A DNA stretch of 64,000 bases from the human T2T-CHM13v2.0 reference genome, Homo sapiens. Each line of letters starts with the position of its first letter. Position 1 is the stretch's first letter. The stretch lies in the NCBI RefSeq assembly GCF_009914755.1, contig NC_060936.1, one strand, 5' to 3'. A program made the translations under genes and the position numbers. The notes beneath the pieces were generated by a model, which did not search any database, was not told the origin of the DNA, and saw only the letters and a list, made by a program, of their open reading frames with translations. Positions 29,220-41,095 of the stretch are shown here, piece by piece.

Positions 29220-29400
29220 TCTCAATCAGCTGTGTTTAGATGCTGCTGTGACACAAGATTATGACGTTTTGATGGGATTAGGAGATAACTTTGCTTTAAT
29301 CTATAAAGCCCTGTATGCTTTGGGATCTGATTACCCCGGCAATTCCCTTCCTCGGCCCTAGCAATTAAGATTAGCCAGAATGCTCCTGTTAATGATCCCC
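29220..29400. promoter_or_regulatory. Candidate enhancer with a TAATC (K50 homeodomain) site cluster
   Basis: Five TAATC/GATTA cores within 29256-29373 in apparently unique DNA. Confidence 0.4.
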
Positions 29401-30049
29401 ATATTGAAAACTCAGGAAATCAGAAATGGGTGGTTTTGTTTTGAGTTGTTTTTTCTGGTTTTGTTCTCCCTTTTCCTTTTCTGTGGAAGGCTCTGGGCTC
29501 TCTCTAAGGCTCTTGTCTTCACATCCTAGTGGGTTGTCTGTTTTATTTCCTTCTCTGTTTTCTAAAGAAGCCATCTTTGGGAGGCCTCCTTTGTGTTCTT
29601 ATTTCATTAGGAAAAGTTTGCTTCTGTTTTATTCAATCAGTGGTCCTTGTGCTTGGTACAATTTGTCTCAGCAGTGATGAGTGAATTTTTAAATCCATCC
29701 AAGAAATGATAGAGCATAAACTTGCAAAGACTATTTAACAAAACTCCTGTGGCTAAGGAAGTTTCATGGGTCCACCCTGACCACATTGGCCCCAGTTCGT
29801 ATTTTCCAGAGAGATCTGCTCCCAGAATCTTTAAACTGCAGGAATTTATGGTCTGTGGTCAAACTATTGTTAAGTTTGCCCACTCTCTTATTTCTACTGA
29901 AATACAGTTGCATAAATACAGTACAAAAAACAACCATTGGAAGGTGCAGGTTTAATCTGTTATCATTTAAACTAGGTGTATATGAGAGGCAATTAGGTCA
30001 CTGTGCTGCATATTCTAGCTGACCACTCCAGCTCAAGCCTAAACCTCAA

Positions 30050-30485
30050 CTTCCACCCCGGAAGGCTGTCCTACAAGGTCAACAGGAACAGGATACCTTG
30101 TCTTCAGAATTCCAGTTGTGTTTGACCAATGGAAGCCATTCACAGGGAATAGGAAGGAGGAAGAAGGGAGATATCAGAGTGTTTATTCCCTCGGTTGTCT
30201 CTCTGCTGGGTCTGGGACGGGCAATGACTAAGACAACGTATCTTGTCTAGAAGCCCTTTCCTGTGGCTACTGCTCTGGTTCTGGTAATGTCTGCCTCCCT
30301 ATACTAATCTCTTCTGGCCTAGAGTAGGTAACACTTCAGACTATCGCCAATCCCAGGTTGTTTCACTAGGCATATGGACTTCCTTTCACCCTGCCCACAT
30401 TTTTGCAAGTGTTCCCTTAATTAAATTTTCTTCCATTTCTCTTGTGGAGTGAGCCTCCTCTCTCCTACCAGAACCCTGACCAATA
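30050..30485 (+). mobile_element. LTR33-like solo LTR
   Basis: ttccagttgtgtttgaccaatggaagc...gagtgtttattccc...ccctgcccacatttttgcaa...attaaa...gaaccctgaccaata. Confidence 0.7.
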
Positions 30486-30489
30486 GCAG

Positions 30490-30710
30490 CATTGTGGTTG
30501 GCAGCTTGGTTTCAGGAAAACTTTAAACCTAGGGGCTCCATCCCTTCCTTGATACAAGAACTTGGCAAGTGATGTCACATTGCTGAACCTCAGTTACCTC
30601 TTCTATAAAATATGCACAAAAATAATACTAAGTTTACAGGATTGTTGTGCTGTTTAAGTGAAATAAAAGGCAGTAGTGTATGGCACACAGTAGTCATTCA
30701 ATAAATGTCA
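30490..30710 (+). mobile_element. MIR
   Basis: cttggcaagtg...ctgaacctcagttacctcttctataaaat...tggcacacagtag. Confidence 0.7.
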
Positions 30711-30989
30711 GATTCCCTCTACAGCTTTCCATACCCAACACCCCTTTCTCATTAGGCCTGTTGCCCATTCATTTAAGTCTTCCCTTCTCTGAACAAGTTT
30801 TTTCTCTAGTAACTGATATGATGATGACAAGCTGGAACCATTGAGTAGCATATGGTGAAAAATGAGGCAAAAAAGAGAGACAGTGCATCATGGGTCATCC
30901 AGAGGGCCGTTGATTGCCCACTGACTTTTGCTAACAGACTAAATATGAGACCTGGCAAAATAACAATAGTGATTATTTATTGAATATAG

Positions 30990-31235
30990 CTCTTCCCAAA
31001 CTGAGCCTATCATTCCTTCTCAATGTAACCACAGCACCCTGTGCATTGCCAAACTTAGCACATATTACAGTGGATTGTGATGTCTATTTTTTGTTTCATC
31101 TACTGTCTTCACTAAACTTTCAGATAGTGTGGCCTGGGATTTGTCTTCTTCTAAATATTCAGTGCTTAGCATAGAGCAGTGGACATTCATGAAGGTGCTC
31201 ATAAACCCTGTTAAGAGAATGAATGAATGAATAAA
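30990..31235 (+). mobile_element. L2 3' end
   Basis: cacagcaccctgtgc...cagtgcttagcatagagc...gaatgaatgaatgaa. Confidence 0.65.
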
Positions 31236-31308
31236 CAGATGATAGACAGAGATACTGCAGTTGACTTGAAAGATAGGTGGTATGGGAAGGCTTCACCAAA
31301 GAGATGTA

Positions 31309-31587
31309 GGCCAGACACAGTGGCCTACACCTGTAATCCCAGCACTTTGGGAGGTCAAGGCAGGGGGATCACTTAAACTCAGTAGTTTGAGACCAGCCTG
31401 GGCAACATAGCAAGACATCAGCTCTACATAAAAGAAAAAAAAAATCCCCTATCTCAGCATCCCAAGTAGCTGGGAGCACAGGCATGGTGGGATCGCTTGG
31501 GCCCAGGAGGTCAAGGCTGCAGTGAGTTGTGATTGTGCCACTGCACTCCAGCCTGGACAACAGAACAAGACTCAAAAATTAAAAATA
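31309..31587 (+). mobile_element. AluJ with an internal micro-inversion
   Basis: ggtcaaggctgcagtgag (J-type); 31445-31486 is antisense Alu; TSD caaagagatg at 31297-31306 and 31908-31917 spans this and the next Alu. Confidence 0.9.
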
Positions 31588-31895
31588 GGCTGGGCGCGGT
31601 GGCTCAGGCCTGTAATCTCAGCACTTTGGGAGGCCAAGGTGGGCAGATCACGAGGTCAGGAGATCAAGGCCTTCCTGGCTAACATGGTGAAACCCCATTT
31701 CTACTAAAAGTACAACAAATTAGCCAGGTGTGATGGCACGTGCCTGTAGTCCCAGCTACTCGGGAGGCTGAGGCAGGAGAACCACTTGAACCCGGGAGGC
31801 AGAAGTTGCAGTGAGCTGAGATTCATCACTGCACCCCAGCCTGGGCAACAGAGCGAGACTCTTGTCTCCAAAAAATAATAATAATAATAATAAAA
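31588..31895 (+). mobile_element. Alu (AluSc8/Y-like) inserted in the tail of the preceding AluJ
   Basis: gatcacgaggtcaggagatc...ctggctaacatgg; (TAA)n tail. Confidence 0.95.
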
Positions 31896-32081
31896 CAAAT
31901 ATACAAACAAAGAGATGGCACTTAGCTTGGGCCTTAAAGATGAATAGTTTAAAATAGGAAGAAAGCAATTGAAGATATTCTAGGCAGAAGACATATAAGC
32001 AGTAGTGGGGGAGATGGAAACTCTTCTGAGCAGCATAGAGATTTTTGTGTATTAGAGTGGAAAGAAATGTGACTGGATATA

Positions 32082-32500
32082 TATTAGTTAGGGCAATGCT
32101 AGTTTCTGTAATAAACAAATCCTCAAATCTCATTGGGTCACACCCATAAAGTATATTTTGAGCTTACATAAAATCCAAAACAACAAGTATTATTAATCAG
32201 CAGGCAGCTCACTTCCAAGAGGGGATTCCAGAACCAGGTTTCTTCTGTCCTGTGGATTTCGCATTGCCTAAAGTCACACAGAAGAAGAAAAAAAAAGCAT
32301 GAAAGCATGGTGGACTCCATATGGACAATGTTTATGCGTGAACCATATGGTAAATGCCACTTCCACCTATATTCATTCTAGGGTCAGAACTCAGGCGCAT
32401 GACCACACCTCCCTGCAGGGGGACTGGGAAGTGCAGTCTAGGTGGGTGGCCAGGAGGAAGAGAATATGGCTTTGGAGACACGCTGGTCAGACTCTCCCAC
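32082..32500 (-). mobile_element. MLT1 (J/K-like) LTR
   Basis: tattagttagggcaatgctag...aaacaaatcctcaaatctca...catgaccacacctccctgcagggggactgggaagtgcagtcta. Confidence 0.7.
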
Positions 32501-32854
32501 AGATTGGTAAGGTTGGAAGAGATCCCAAAGAGCCTTGAGTACCAGGCTTGGTTCTACATATTGTGTGACTGGATCCCATCAACTAAGCCCACAGCTCCCA
32601 CTGCCAAGTGGTGTTTCAGAAAACAGAAGCTGACCCAGGAAAACATGACCACAAGTAGAAAGGATGTCAGGGAAGGGCTGAGGAACATCCTGGGAAGATC
32701 CTAAGCCCGCAGAGGAGCAACACTTCTTTTGTGCATAACCTTGGCACCAGAAAGGGGCTTTCTCCAAACCCAGGCATTGTCAATTTTAAGTAGTTCTTGA
32801 TTCTCACACAAAAGTCACTGCTGGCCCAATCTCTTCTCTGGCAGTAGAGCACAT

Positions 32855-33822
32855 GGGGAAGGAAGGAAGGAGGGAGGGAGGGAAGGAAGGAAGGAAGGAA
32901 GGAAGGAAGGAAGGAAGGAGGGAGGGAGGGAGGGAGGGAGGGAGGGAAGGAAGGAAGGAAGGAAGGAAGGGAAGAAGGAAGGAAGGAAGGGAGGGAGGGA
33001 GGAAGGAGAGGATGAAGGGAGGGAGAGAAGGAGGGAAGGAAGGAAGGAAGGGAGGGAGGGAGGAAGGAGGGAGGGAGGGAAGGAAGGAAGGAGGGAGGGA
33101 GGGAAGGAAGGAAGGAAGGAAGGAAGGAAGGAAGGAGGGAGGGAGGGAGGGAGGAGGGAGGGAGGGAGGGAAGGAAGGAAGGAAGGAAGGAAGGAAGGAA
33201 GGAGGGAGGGAGGGAGGGAAGGAAGGAAGGAAGGAAGGAAGGAAGGAAGGAAGGAAGGAGGGAGGGAGGGAGGAGGGAGGGAGGGAGGGAGGGAAGGAAG
33301 GAAGGAAGGAAGGAAGGAAGGAAGGAAGGAGGGAGGGAGGGAGGGAGGGAGGGAAGGAAGGAAGGAAGGAAGGAAGGGAAGAAGGAAGGAAGGAAGGGAG
33401 GGAGGGAGGAAGGAGAGGATGAAGGGAGGGAGAGAAGGAGGGAAGGAAGGAAGGAAGGGAGGGAGGGAGGAAGGAGGGAGGGAGGGAAGGAAGGAAGGAA
33501 GGAAGGAAGGAAGGAAGGAAGGAGGGAGGGAGGGAAGGAAGGAAGGAAGGAAGGAAGGAAGGAAGGAGGGAGGGAGGGAGGAAGGAGGGAGGGAGGGAGG
33601 GAAGGAAGGAAGGAAGGAAGGGAAGAAGGAAGGAAGGGAGGAAGGGAGGGAGGGAGGAAGGAGAGGATGAAGGGAGGGAGAGAAGGAGGGAAGGAAGGAA
33701 GGGAGGGAGGGAGGAAGAATAGAAGGAAAGAAGGGAGGGAGGAAGGGAGAAGTGAGAGGGAAGAAGGAAGGAAGAGAGGGAGGAAGGGAGGGAGGAAGGA
33801 AGGAGGGAGAGGAATGGAGGGA
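32855..33822. repeat. ~970-bp (GGAA/GGGA)n purine tract with higher-order units
   Basis: Almost pyrimidine-free + strand; recurring gaaggagaggatgaagggagggagagaagg block. Confidence 0.98.
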
Positions 33823-33894
33823 ATATTATTATTTAAAAATGCTTGGAATTTGTAGTACCAGGGTTGGTCTCATTGCATTCTCTCCTTCTGATTA

Positions 33895-34000
33895 TAGGAC
33901 AACCTGGTTTTTAGGAGCCTAAGGGGTTTCCCAAGACCTGAGACTTTTAGTGGTAAACCTGGGAAAGTCCCAGGCAAACTTGGACAAGTTAGTCAACTTA
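33895..34000. mobile_element. MER81-like MITE
   Basis: ggggtttcccaagacctgagacttttagtggtaaacctgggaaagtcccaggcaaacttggacaagttagtca. Confidence 0.75.
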
Positions 34001-34019
34001 GCTCTGACATCCGAGGAAC

Positions 34020-34225
34020 ATGGGTCCAAATTCTAGCTCTCCGCTTGGTAAATGTGTGCCTTTGGGCAAGTGACTACGTCTCTATGAGCTTCAGTTTCAT
34101 CCTCTTTAACATATGGATGACAAAATGACCACCCCCCTGGGTTGGTGTGAGGATTGAATGAGATAATGCATGTAAAACACTTAGCAATGTGTCTGGCATA
34201 TTGAATACACTTCATCGGTGTTGAA
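34020..34225 (+). mobile_element. MIR
   Basis: tgggcaagtgact...cttcagtttcatc...gttggtgtgaggattgaatgagataatgcatgtaaaacacttagc. Confidence 0.85.
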
Positions 34226-34929
34226 TGGGGCTCTCTTCTTACTTTAAGTGGATCTTGGTTAAGCAGAGCCCCTGAGAGGTGAGGTTCTTCCTGGGAAGAA
34301 GAAGAGGCAGGGGTGTAGCCAAGGACAGAGGCCTTCCTCTCTGTTTGGGTCCTGGGGGGTTTCCGGGCAGGTGGTGCTCAGATGTACAGGGAATCCCAGC
34401 TGCACGTGGATGTCAGCTCTTGTCAGCAGGGAGATCAGGGCGAATGGGGCTCAGATGAGGAGAGAGGAAGGCAGCCTGCCCAAGAGTTTCTGATCCCAAC
34501 TCTCACCACCAAGGGAGGAAAGCCGGGGCTGTGGGTGACATGATAAGAAGGCCCTGAGGAACGTTCAAAGTTCGCCCCTTCCTCCTACAGGAACCAAACT
34601 TTAACAGCCAGAGCCAGGGAGTGAAAGAGAAACCAGACAAGTGAGTCATTCGCCTTTAAACAGGCCACATTGTCTTCAGAAGCAGGCTTTGAAATTGTGC
34701 ATGTGTAACCACAGTAGAGAGGGTTTGGGCCCCCTCTGTTCCTGCCTGAGGGTAAGCCAGAAAAAAGAGAAGAAATGAAAGGGAGGGGGAAAAGAAACTA
34801 AAGGAAAAAGATGGGACTAGGAGAAAGTCATGGGAGAGGCAAGAGAGGAAGAACTTTAGGACACAGGAATGAGCCAGCCATGCACTTCGATATTCCAGCA
34901 GGTCTCATGCTTCTCAAGGTTGTTGAGGA

Positions 34930-35115
34930 CACTGACGATGCACAATGTTTTCTTGAGCAGTGCTCCGGGCCGTCATTCCTGTGCAGGATCATATTTCATC
35001 TTCATAGTCGACTTCCAACATTAGAGGTGAGGACACTGGGGCTCAGTGAGCCTAAGTAACTCATCCAAGGATACACAGCCAGTAAGTGGCAAAGCCAGAA
35101 TTTAGACCCAATCTG
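34930..35115 (-). mobile_element. MIR
   Basis: gaggacactggggctcagtgag...taactcatccaagg...gtaagtggcaaagccagaattt. Confidence 0.7.
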
Positions 35116-35250
35116 TGATGTCTAATAATAATGTTGGAAATGTGACAACTATTAATAACTTCATCATCCAGGATGATATAAAGCCAAAAGGGAAGGATGA
35201 AACAATATGGGAATACCAAAGACAGAAAATACCGAATGTCCGGCCTAAAG

Positions 35251-35471
35251 CAGGATTTCTCAATATCTGCACTATTGACATTTTAGCTGGGCAGTTTTTG
35301 GCCGTGGGGGCCTGTCCTGCATGTGGTAGGACATTTGGCAGCATCCCTGCTCTCCCCGCACTAGATGCCGGTAGCAGACCCTCCCCCAAATGTGGCATGA
35401 CAAACAGAAATGTCTCCAGACATTTTCAAGAATCTCCTGGGGACAAAGTCAACCCCTGTTAAGAACCATGG
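35251..35471. mobile_element. MER20 hAT-Charlie MITE
   Basis: caggatttctcaa...gcactattgacatttt...gcagcatccctg...cactagatgcc...aaatgtctccagaca...ttaagaacca; degenerate 8-bp TSD gcctaaag / gcatacag. Confidence 0.9.
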
Positions 35472-35506
35472 GCATACAGGAAGGTATAAAGAATAGTCAT
35501 TAATAT

Positions 35507-35830
<324 letters not shown>

Positions 35831-35834
35831 GTAG

Positions 35835-36030
35835 TAATGACTATGAATTGAGAGTCAACTAAGTGTCCTGTAAAAAGCACTTAATTTCATTTAACACCTC
35901 ATTGAATCCCCTACAAGAACCCTATGAGGTCGGCTTAGTACTTCCATTTTCTAGATCCGGGACCTTACATAACACGCCCAAGTTCACACAGCTGGTAAGA
36001 GACAGAGCTGGGATTTAAACCCAGGTCTAT
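35835..36030 (-). mobile_element. MIR
   Basis: aaccctatgagg...ccattttctagat...cacacagctggtaagagacagagctgggatttaaacccagg. Confidence 0.75.
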
Positions 36031-36159
36031 ACACGCCTTTCCCCTATACAGATCAGAGAGGGAAACTAAAGATGGGAAGGGAGTGAGCCCAGGAAAGAGA
36101 CAAAGCATCCCAATGCCAGGTAGTCAGAAAAGACTCCGAAAATGCAGGGAGAGATCCAC

Positions 36160-36620
36160 CATGTGGCCTGGTGATGTTACGCCATTGCCGGGACGAAGCC
36201 TTAATCTTTAAGCTGCCATATCACAGGCAGCCCCAGTTCTCCCCTCTGCCCCCTAACCCACCGCTTCCTGTGCAGTGTCCTGCACGTGAGTCCACCCTCT
36301 CTCTTCCCTCTCTCATATCTCATAAGAAGAGACAGTGTATTCTAAATGCTGTGATTTATGGGGAACAGCCACTTCCCGTGACCATCCATCTCTCTTCACA
36401 GGGACACATATGTTGGGGAGCATCTATCCCCATCATTTTCTGCCAGGAACCAATGGGCCGGGGAATTCAAGAAATGCCCCTAAATTACAAACGAGTGTGG
36501 GGGGACCTTCCTCTAGAAACCTTTTCCCCAAGCCTGAGCCTTGCTATAAATCACCCTGTAAGCATCACACACCGCCATAAACCGCAGATGTGTGGGGAAT
36601 GGCAAGGTGAACATCCGCTA
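36160..36620. promoter_or_regulatory. Candidate PBX-HOX enhancer
   Basis: TGATTTATGG 36352-36361, ATAAATCA 36546-36553 and CCATAAA 36575-36581 in CpG-retaining unique DNA. Confidence 0.35.
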
Positions 36621-36832
36621 GCAAGAAAGCAAGCAAGGTTGACCAAGACCTTGGAGGGGGCGGCTGTTGGAGGAACTCACCCTGACCTTCCCCACTTCCA
36701 ACATCCTTTCGCTGGATACTGTGTGGCTGTTACCTTTAGTGCGAGAAATAAATTTAACTCAAGATTCTTTTTTTTGGTGGGGGGGTAATCACCCACCCCC
36801 CCTTTCCAACCTCTGCAAAACAGCATGAGCAT

Positions 36833-36900
36833 TTGTTCTTAATCTTTCAGGGGGTGAAGGTTCCCTTTGAAAATCTGATGAAAGCTATGGACTCCTCCCT
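36833..36900. mobile_element. MER103C-like fragment
   Basis: ccctttgaaaatctgatgaaagctatggac. Confidence 0.5.
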
Positions 36901-37039
36901 TCATTAAATAAATGATTGTTTACTTGTGTTAAAGGCTTCGAAAATGGTTAAGACTGGTTTATGGTGGTATTTCTAGGAAGATAAAGGGCTTTTATCCCCC
37001 GTCATATAAAAAAAAGCATGTTTTAATGTATTGACTTTT

Positions 37040-38020
37040 GGGGAAACGTTTACTGATGTATAACATGCATACAGAAAAGTGCACAAATCATAAATGTTCG
37101 GCGTAATGAATTTTCACAAACTGAACAAACTGGTGTAACCTGTGCCCAGATCTTGAAAGAGCATTCCTGTGCATCTGGATGCTTCCTTACAGCCCCTTCC
37201 AGTTTTGCCTGGTTTTCTTCTTTCTATAAATGGAATTATATAGCACGGTTCTTTGTGTGTAACTCTTTTAACTCACTGTTACATTGGCGAGAATTATCTG
37301 TGTCGTGGTGTCTAATTGTGTTTCATTTATTCTTATTAGCATATAGTTTTCTATTGTGAGACTATGTCACAACTTATCTTCACTCTAGTGTTGCAAGTCA
37401 TTGGGGATGTGTTCATTTGTACGGAATTGTGTTGAGCTTATGTTCTTTAGAGTTGTAATTTTAACCTTTCCTATGTGTGAGTGTGTTTCATTTTCCCATT
37501 TATGTTAGGAATACATAGTAAATTCTTATTGCAAAAAAAAAAAAAAAATCTAGCATTCAGGGAAAAAAACAGGCAGTGAATTTCTCTCTGATTTCTTTTC
37601 GTCTCCCTCCCAACCCAATTAATTCAGTTTCACTGTTACTAGTTTTCTGGGCATCCTTCCAGACATTTCTCTGTGCATCTGTGCACTGATACATACAACA
37701 TTCAATGTGATGCTTAATTTTGTTTTTACATAAATGCAATTGTTCTGCAATTTTTTTCACTTATCAATATGTCCTGTAGACCCTTCTGTAGATCATCCTC
37801 ATTGCTTAAGACTGCTGAGCCTGCTTCCATTGCATGGGCGTGCCATGATTTATTTAACCAGTCTCCTACTGGTGGGTATTCAGGCTGTCTCCAGTTTTCT
37901 GCTGCTGCAAGCAGGGTGGCAGTGAACATCCTTTTATGTGCTTCTTTATGAGCATTGCAACTATTTCTCTTGGGGAGAAATGGAAAGGTGGAATTGCTGG
38001 GTGTACACATTTGCCTTTAA
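37040..38020 (-). mobile_element. Old L1 (L1MC/ME) 3' fragments (37040-37420 and 37570-38020)
   Basis: catacagaaaagtgcacaaatcataa...; tttatttaaccagtctcctactggtggg...gtggaattgctggg. Confidence 0.75.
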
Positions 38021-38344
38021 GTGGCTCTTATGAGGTCAAATAGATTGCCCGTACCACTGTGAATTCTGGGTACAGCCTGAAATTTAAGTGAAGGCATTTG
38101 GCATAAAGATCGAAATTCACTTGGGTTTTCAAAGATTCGACGGTTGCCTAGAATTGGGCAGAACAGAAGAGGAAGCTGTCTTAGCTTTCACTTAGTACAG
38201 TTTGCCAGCACCTCGACCCCACGGGATGCTGATGCTACACAGAGATTCCATAAGGGAAGAAAGTACTACCAGCAGATGGTAAGGAGAGTTGGAACTGGGA
38301 CGTCTGAGACACAAGGGACGGCTCTTTGAGGACAACTAGAATAA

Positions 38345-38520
38345 TCATGATAGTAACACAGCTAACATGCATTGAGTACTCACTATGTGTCAAGCACTGC
38401 TCAGGGATTGTCTAATTCAATTCCTACCATACTCCTATGGGAAAGTACTACACTGAGTCCCATTTTCCAGCTGGAAAAACTGAGGCTCCAATAAAGTCAC
38501 CTGCTCAAAGTCACACTTAT
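38345..38520 (-). mobile_element. MIR
   Basis: cagctaacatgcattgagtactcactatgtg...ggaaaaactgaggctc. Confidence 0.75.
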
Positions 38521-38819
38521 TCACTATGTGAATTAATTGCTTGGAGATTACACTATTGAGCAAGCTCAACATGGCTTTTTCCCCCAGGAAGCTCACTGTC
38601 TCCTGGTGGAAACAGACAAGCCACCAGGTGATTACAATGGAGCTCTGCTTGGAGCTGTGTTCAGCCAGAGCGGTGTGCCCTGCGGACTGCTTAGAAACAT
38701 GACTGGAGACACAGGGAACCTAAAACCACTCCTATGAGGAAGATAAAACCTCTCTGGCTCTCTTGTCCTTCCATGTGTATCACACCTCAACACCCTGGCC
38801 AGGAAGGCAAATCTTAAAG

Positions 38820-39010
38820 CTAATTAATATTAACATCACGCAGCAGGCGCCAAGTGCATGCTAACTGCTTCACCCCATCAATTCTCACAGCAGGTTTTTT
38901 AGGAAACTGAGGCTCAGAGAGGAGAGGTGACTTGTCCAAGGGCCACAGTGAATAGGGAGAAGAGCCGGGATTTGAGTCTGGGTCTGTGTAATAATTCTGG
39001 AGCCTGGAAC
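38820..39010 (-). mobile_element. MIR
   Basis: aggaaactgaggctcagagagg...gtgacttgtccaagggccacag. Confidence 0.75.
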
Positions 39011-39149
39011 CTCTGAGCATGCAGACCCCACCTTCCTGCCCTTTAGACAGTCCCAGTCCAACATTCCTCAATCAAAAATATTCGAGGGCCAAATCCATCC
39101 GTGTGTGCTTTGGCAGTGGAGTACACTGAGAGCAGACGTCTGTCCTTTG

Positions 39150-39450
39150 GTTCCAACCCCAGTTTACAATCACCTCACTTAACAATTAAATATATAAAGT
39201 CACAGCCCATTGTCCTCATGTCAGATTAATGCATTACATCTTTCTCCTTTCGGATTGATGCCTCCAGACTTTCCGATGTGGAAACGACTGATTATTACAG
39301 TTTTTAGGCTTTTTTTTTTCTTTTAATTTTCAAGTCAGTGAACCAGGCAATCACCGACACTGCCCGTGCATTATGGGCCTAATTCTGCAGAGGTCTGACA
39401 AACCTGCCCAGAGACAGAAGATTAAGCTATTCCAAATTACCCAGACGGAG
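39150..39450. promoter_or_regulatory. Candidate SOX/homeodomain enhancer
   Basis: AACAAT 39181, CATTGT 39208, TGTCA 39219, palindromic TAATGCATTA 39227-39236. Confidence 0.35.
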
Positions 39451-40604
39451 GCAAGCCCAGATTGGGCTCTCTGGGACAGAGGTGGGGGTGGGGGGACCTT
39501 TCATTTCTGCTCTTTGGAGACCTCCAAGACTAAACAGTTTAGGCCACATCTTGAAGAAAATTGCTTTATCCTTTCACCTTTAAGTGGATTCCGGTGCAAT
39601 CAGTTGATTTGGGAGCACGTGGAGGTCAGCACACACACGCCAGGATGGGGGTGGGGGATTGTGGGCAGAGTCTCGGAAAGACAGGTGGCAAGTAAAATAA
39701 GGGAGGATGTAAAAGCTAGGGCGGCCGGTTTGTAACCTCTAACATCTGGTGCCAAATAGGAGGGTACTCGGGAAAGTATTCGAACCAGGGATGGGGGAGT
39801 GAAGTGGAGAAGGAGATCGGGCGGGGAAGACTTTCAAAGGTTGCAACTGTGACAAACCAGGATGCTAGCCCCTCTCAGATGTCGCAGGAGGAAGTGAAAG
39901 AGGGAGGGAAGAGGAAGAGAGAGGGAGGAAGAGGTCAGGTCTCCGATCCCCATAACTAGAGGACACTCAAATGCTTGCAGATGGGATGCAAGGAAGGGTA
40001 GAGGTGGAGAGTAAATTGCATCTGGCTGCCTGGGAGCACAGCACAGAGGAAACTGGTTTTACTCATGCTGGCAAAGCCCCCTTGCTGAGAGTATCTCCAA
40101 CTCCAGCCAGCTGGTAGGGAGGAGCCCTAAAATCAGAAAAGCTCCCTCTACCCAGGTTCCTAGTCTTAGCTTCACTGCTCCTGGCTGGGCATGATTTCAT
40201 GAACCCTCTCCCCTCATTGTGACGGTCCTGGCATCTGAAACTTGCATGCTGAGAAAAGATACCAAGGGAGAGATGCCCATGCTTTCTCAAGGCAGTAGGA
40301 AAAGTGTTTTGTCCTGGTCTGGCCTGAGTGAGAACCAGACATTGACTCAGATGGCCAATTTCTACATTGCTATTATTTGGGAGGCTCTAGATTTGGATCG
40401 TTCGAAAGCCTTTTATCATTCAGTTCCAGCAACCACATTCAAACCTCCTCACTCTGTTCTCCCAGCACAGTGAACAGTTTGCCTCCACCTTCCCCTTTTG
40501 CCACTTCTCTCTTTTTTCTTTTCTTTTCTTTTTTCTTTTAAATCATGATCAGGAAGTTTTCACAGGGACTTCCAATGCTTAAAAGACCAGAGACTAAACT
40601 TACA

Positions 40605-41095
40605 TCAGCATCAGTTAGGATGCCTTCAGATACAATTAACAGAAAAGCCAGCTCACCTTGCATTAAACCTTGGAGATGTTTAATTTGGACATCTTCAGAC
40701 ATCTATAGACAGGCGGTTGCTTTCCAGGTTTGGGGCAGCCACTCCACTGGACATCAAGGTAAGCCCTCCCCATTCATCTACTCCCCCAAGCTCAACGCAT
40801 TCACTTCCCTTCCTGTTCATCAACTCACGCCTTCAAAATGGTAGCCACAGCTCCAAGCATCATGAGCTCAGTCAGAGGTAGAAAGTCTAGGAGAGAGGCG
40901 AGGCCTTTTTCTAGGATCACTTTGTCCTTCGATCAATAAAAAAGCAACATTTCTAGAGTCATCATAGCCTCCATCCAAGTCTCATTGATTAGAATTGGGT
41001 CACAGGCTCACTTTTAGAGAACAGTCCAAAGCAGGGGCAAAATCTGTTTGTAAGAAATAAAGGGAATGGCTGCTGGGAGGATAATCACAGTATCT
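40605..41095 (-). mobile_element. Ancient MLT1 (M/N/O-like) LTR
   Basis: tcagttaggatgccttcag...taacagaaaa...aaaatggtagccacagctcca...tctcattgattagaattgggtcac. Confidence 0.55.

Noticed and set aside
32853-33855. G/R/E/K-rich ORFs of 189, 83 and 62 aa
   Set aside because: Translation of a purine microsatellite that has almost no T and therefore almost no stop codons; no coding evidence.
36171-36788. Longest non-repeat ORF (205 aa)
   Set aside because: GTG start, no recognisable domain, no supporting exon context; compatible with chance in 64 kb over six frames.
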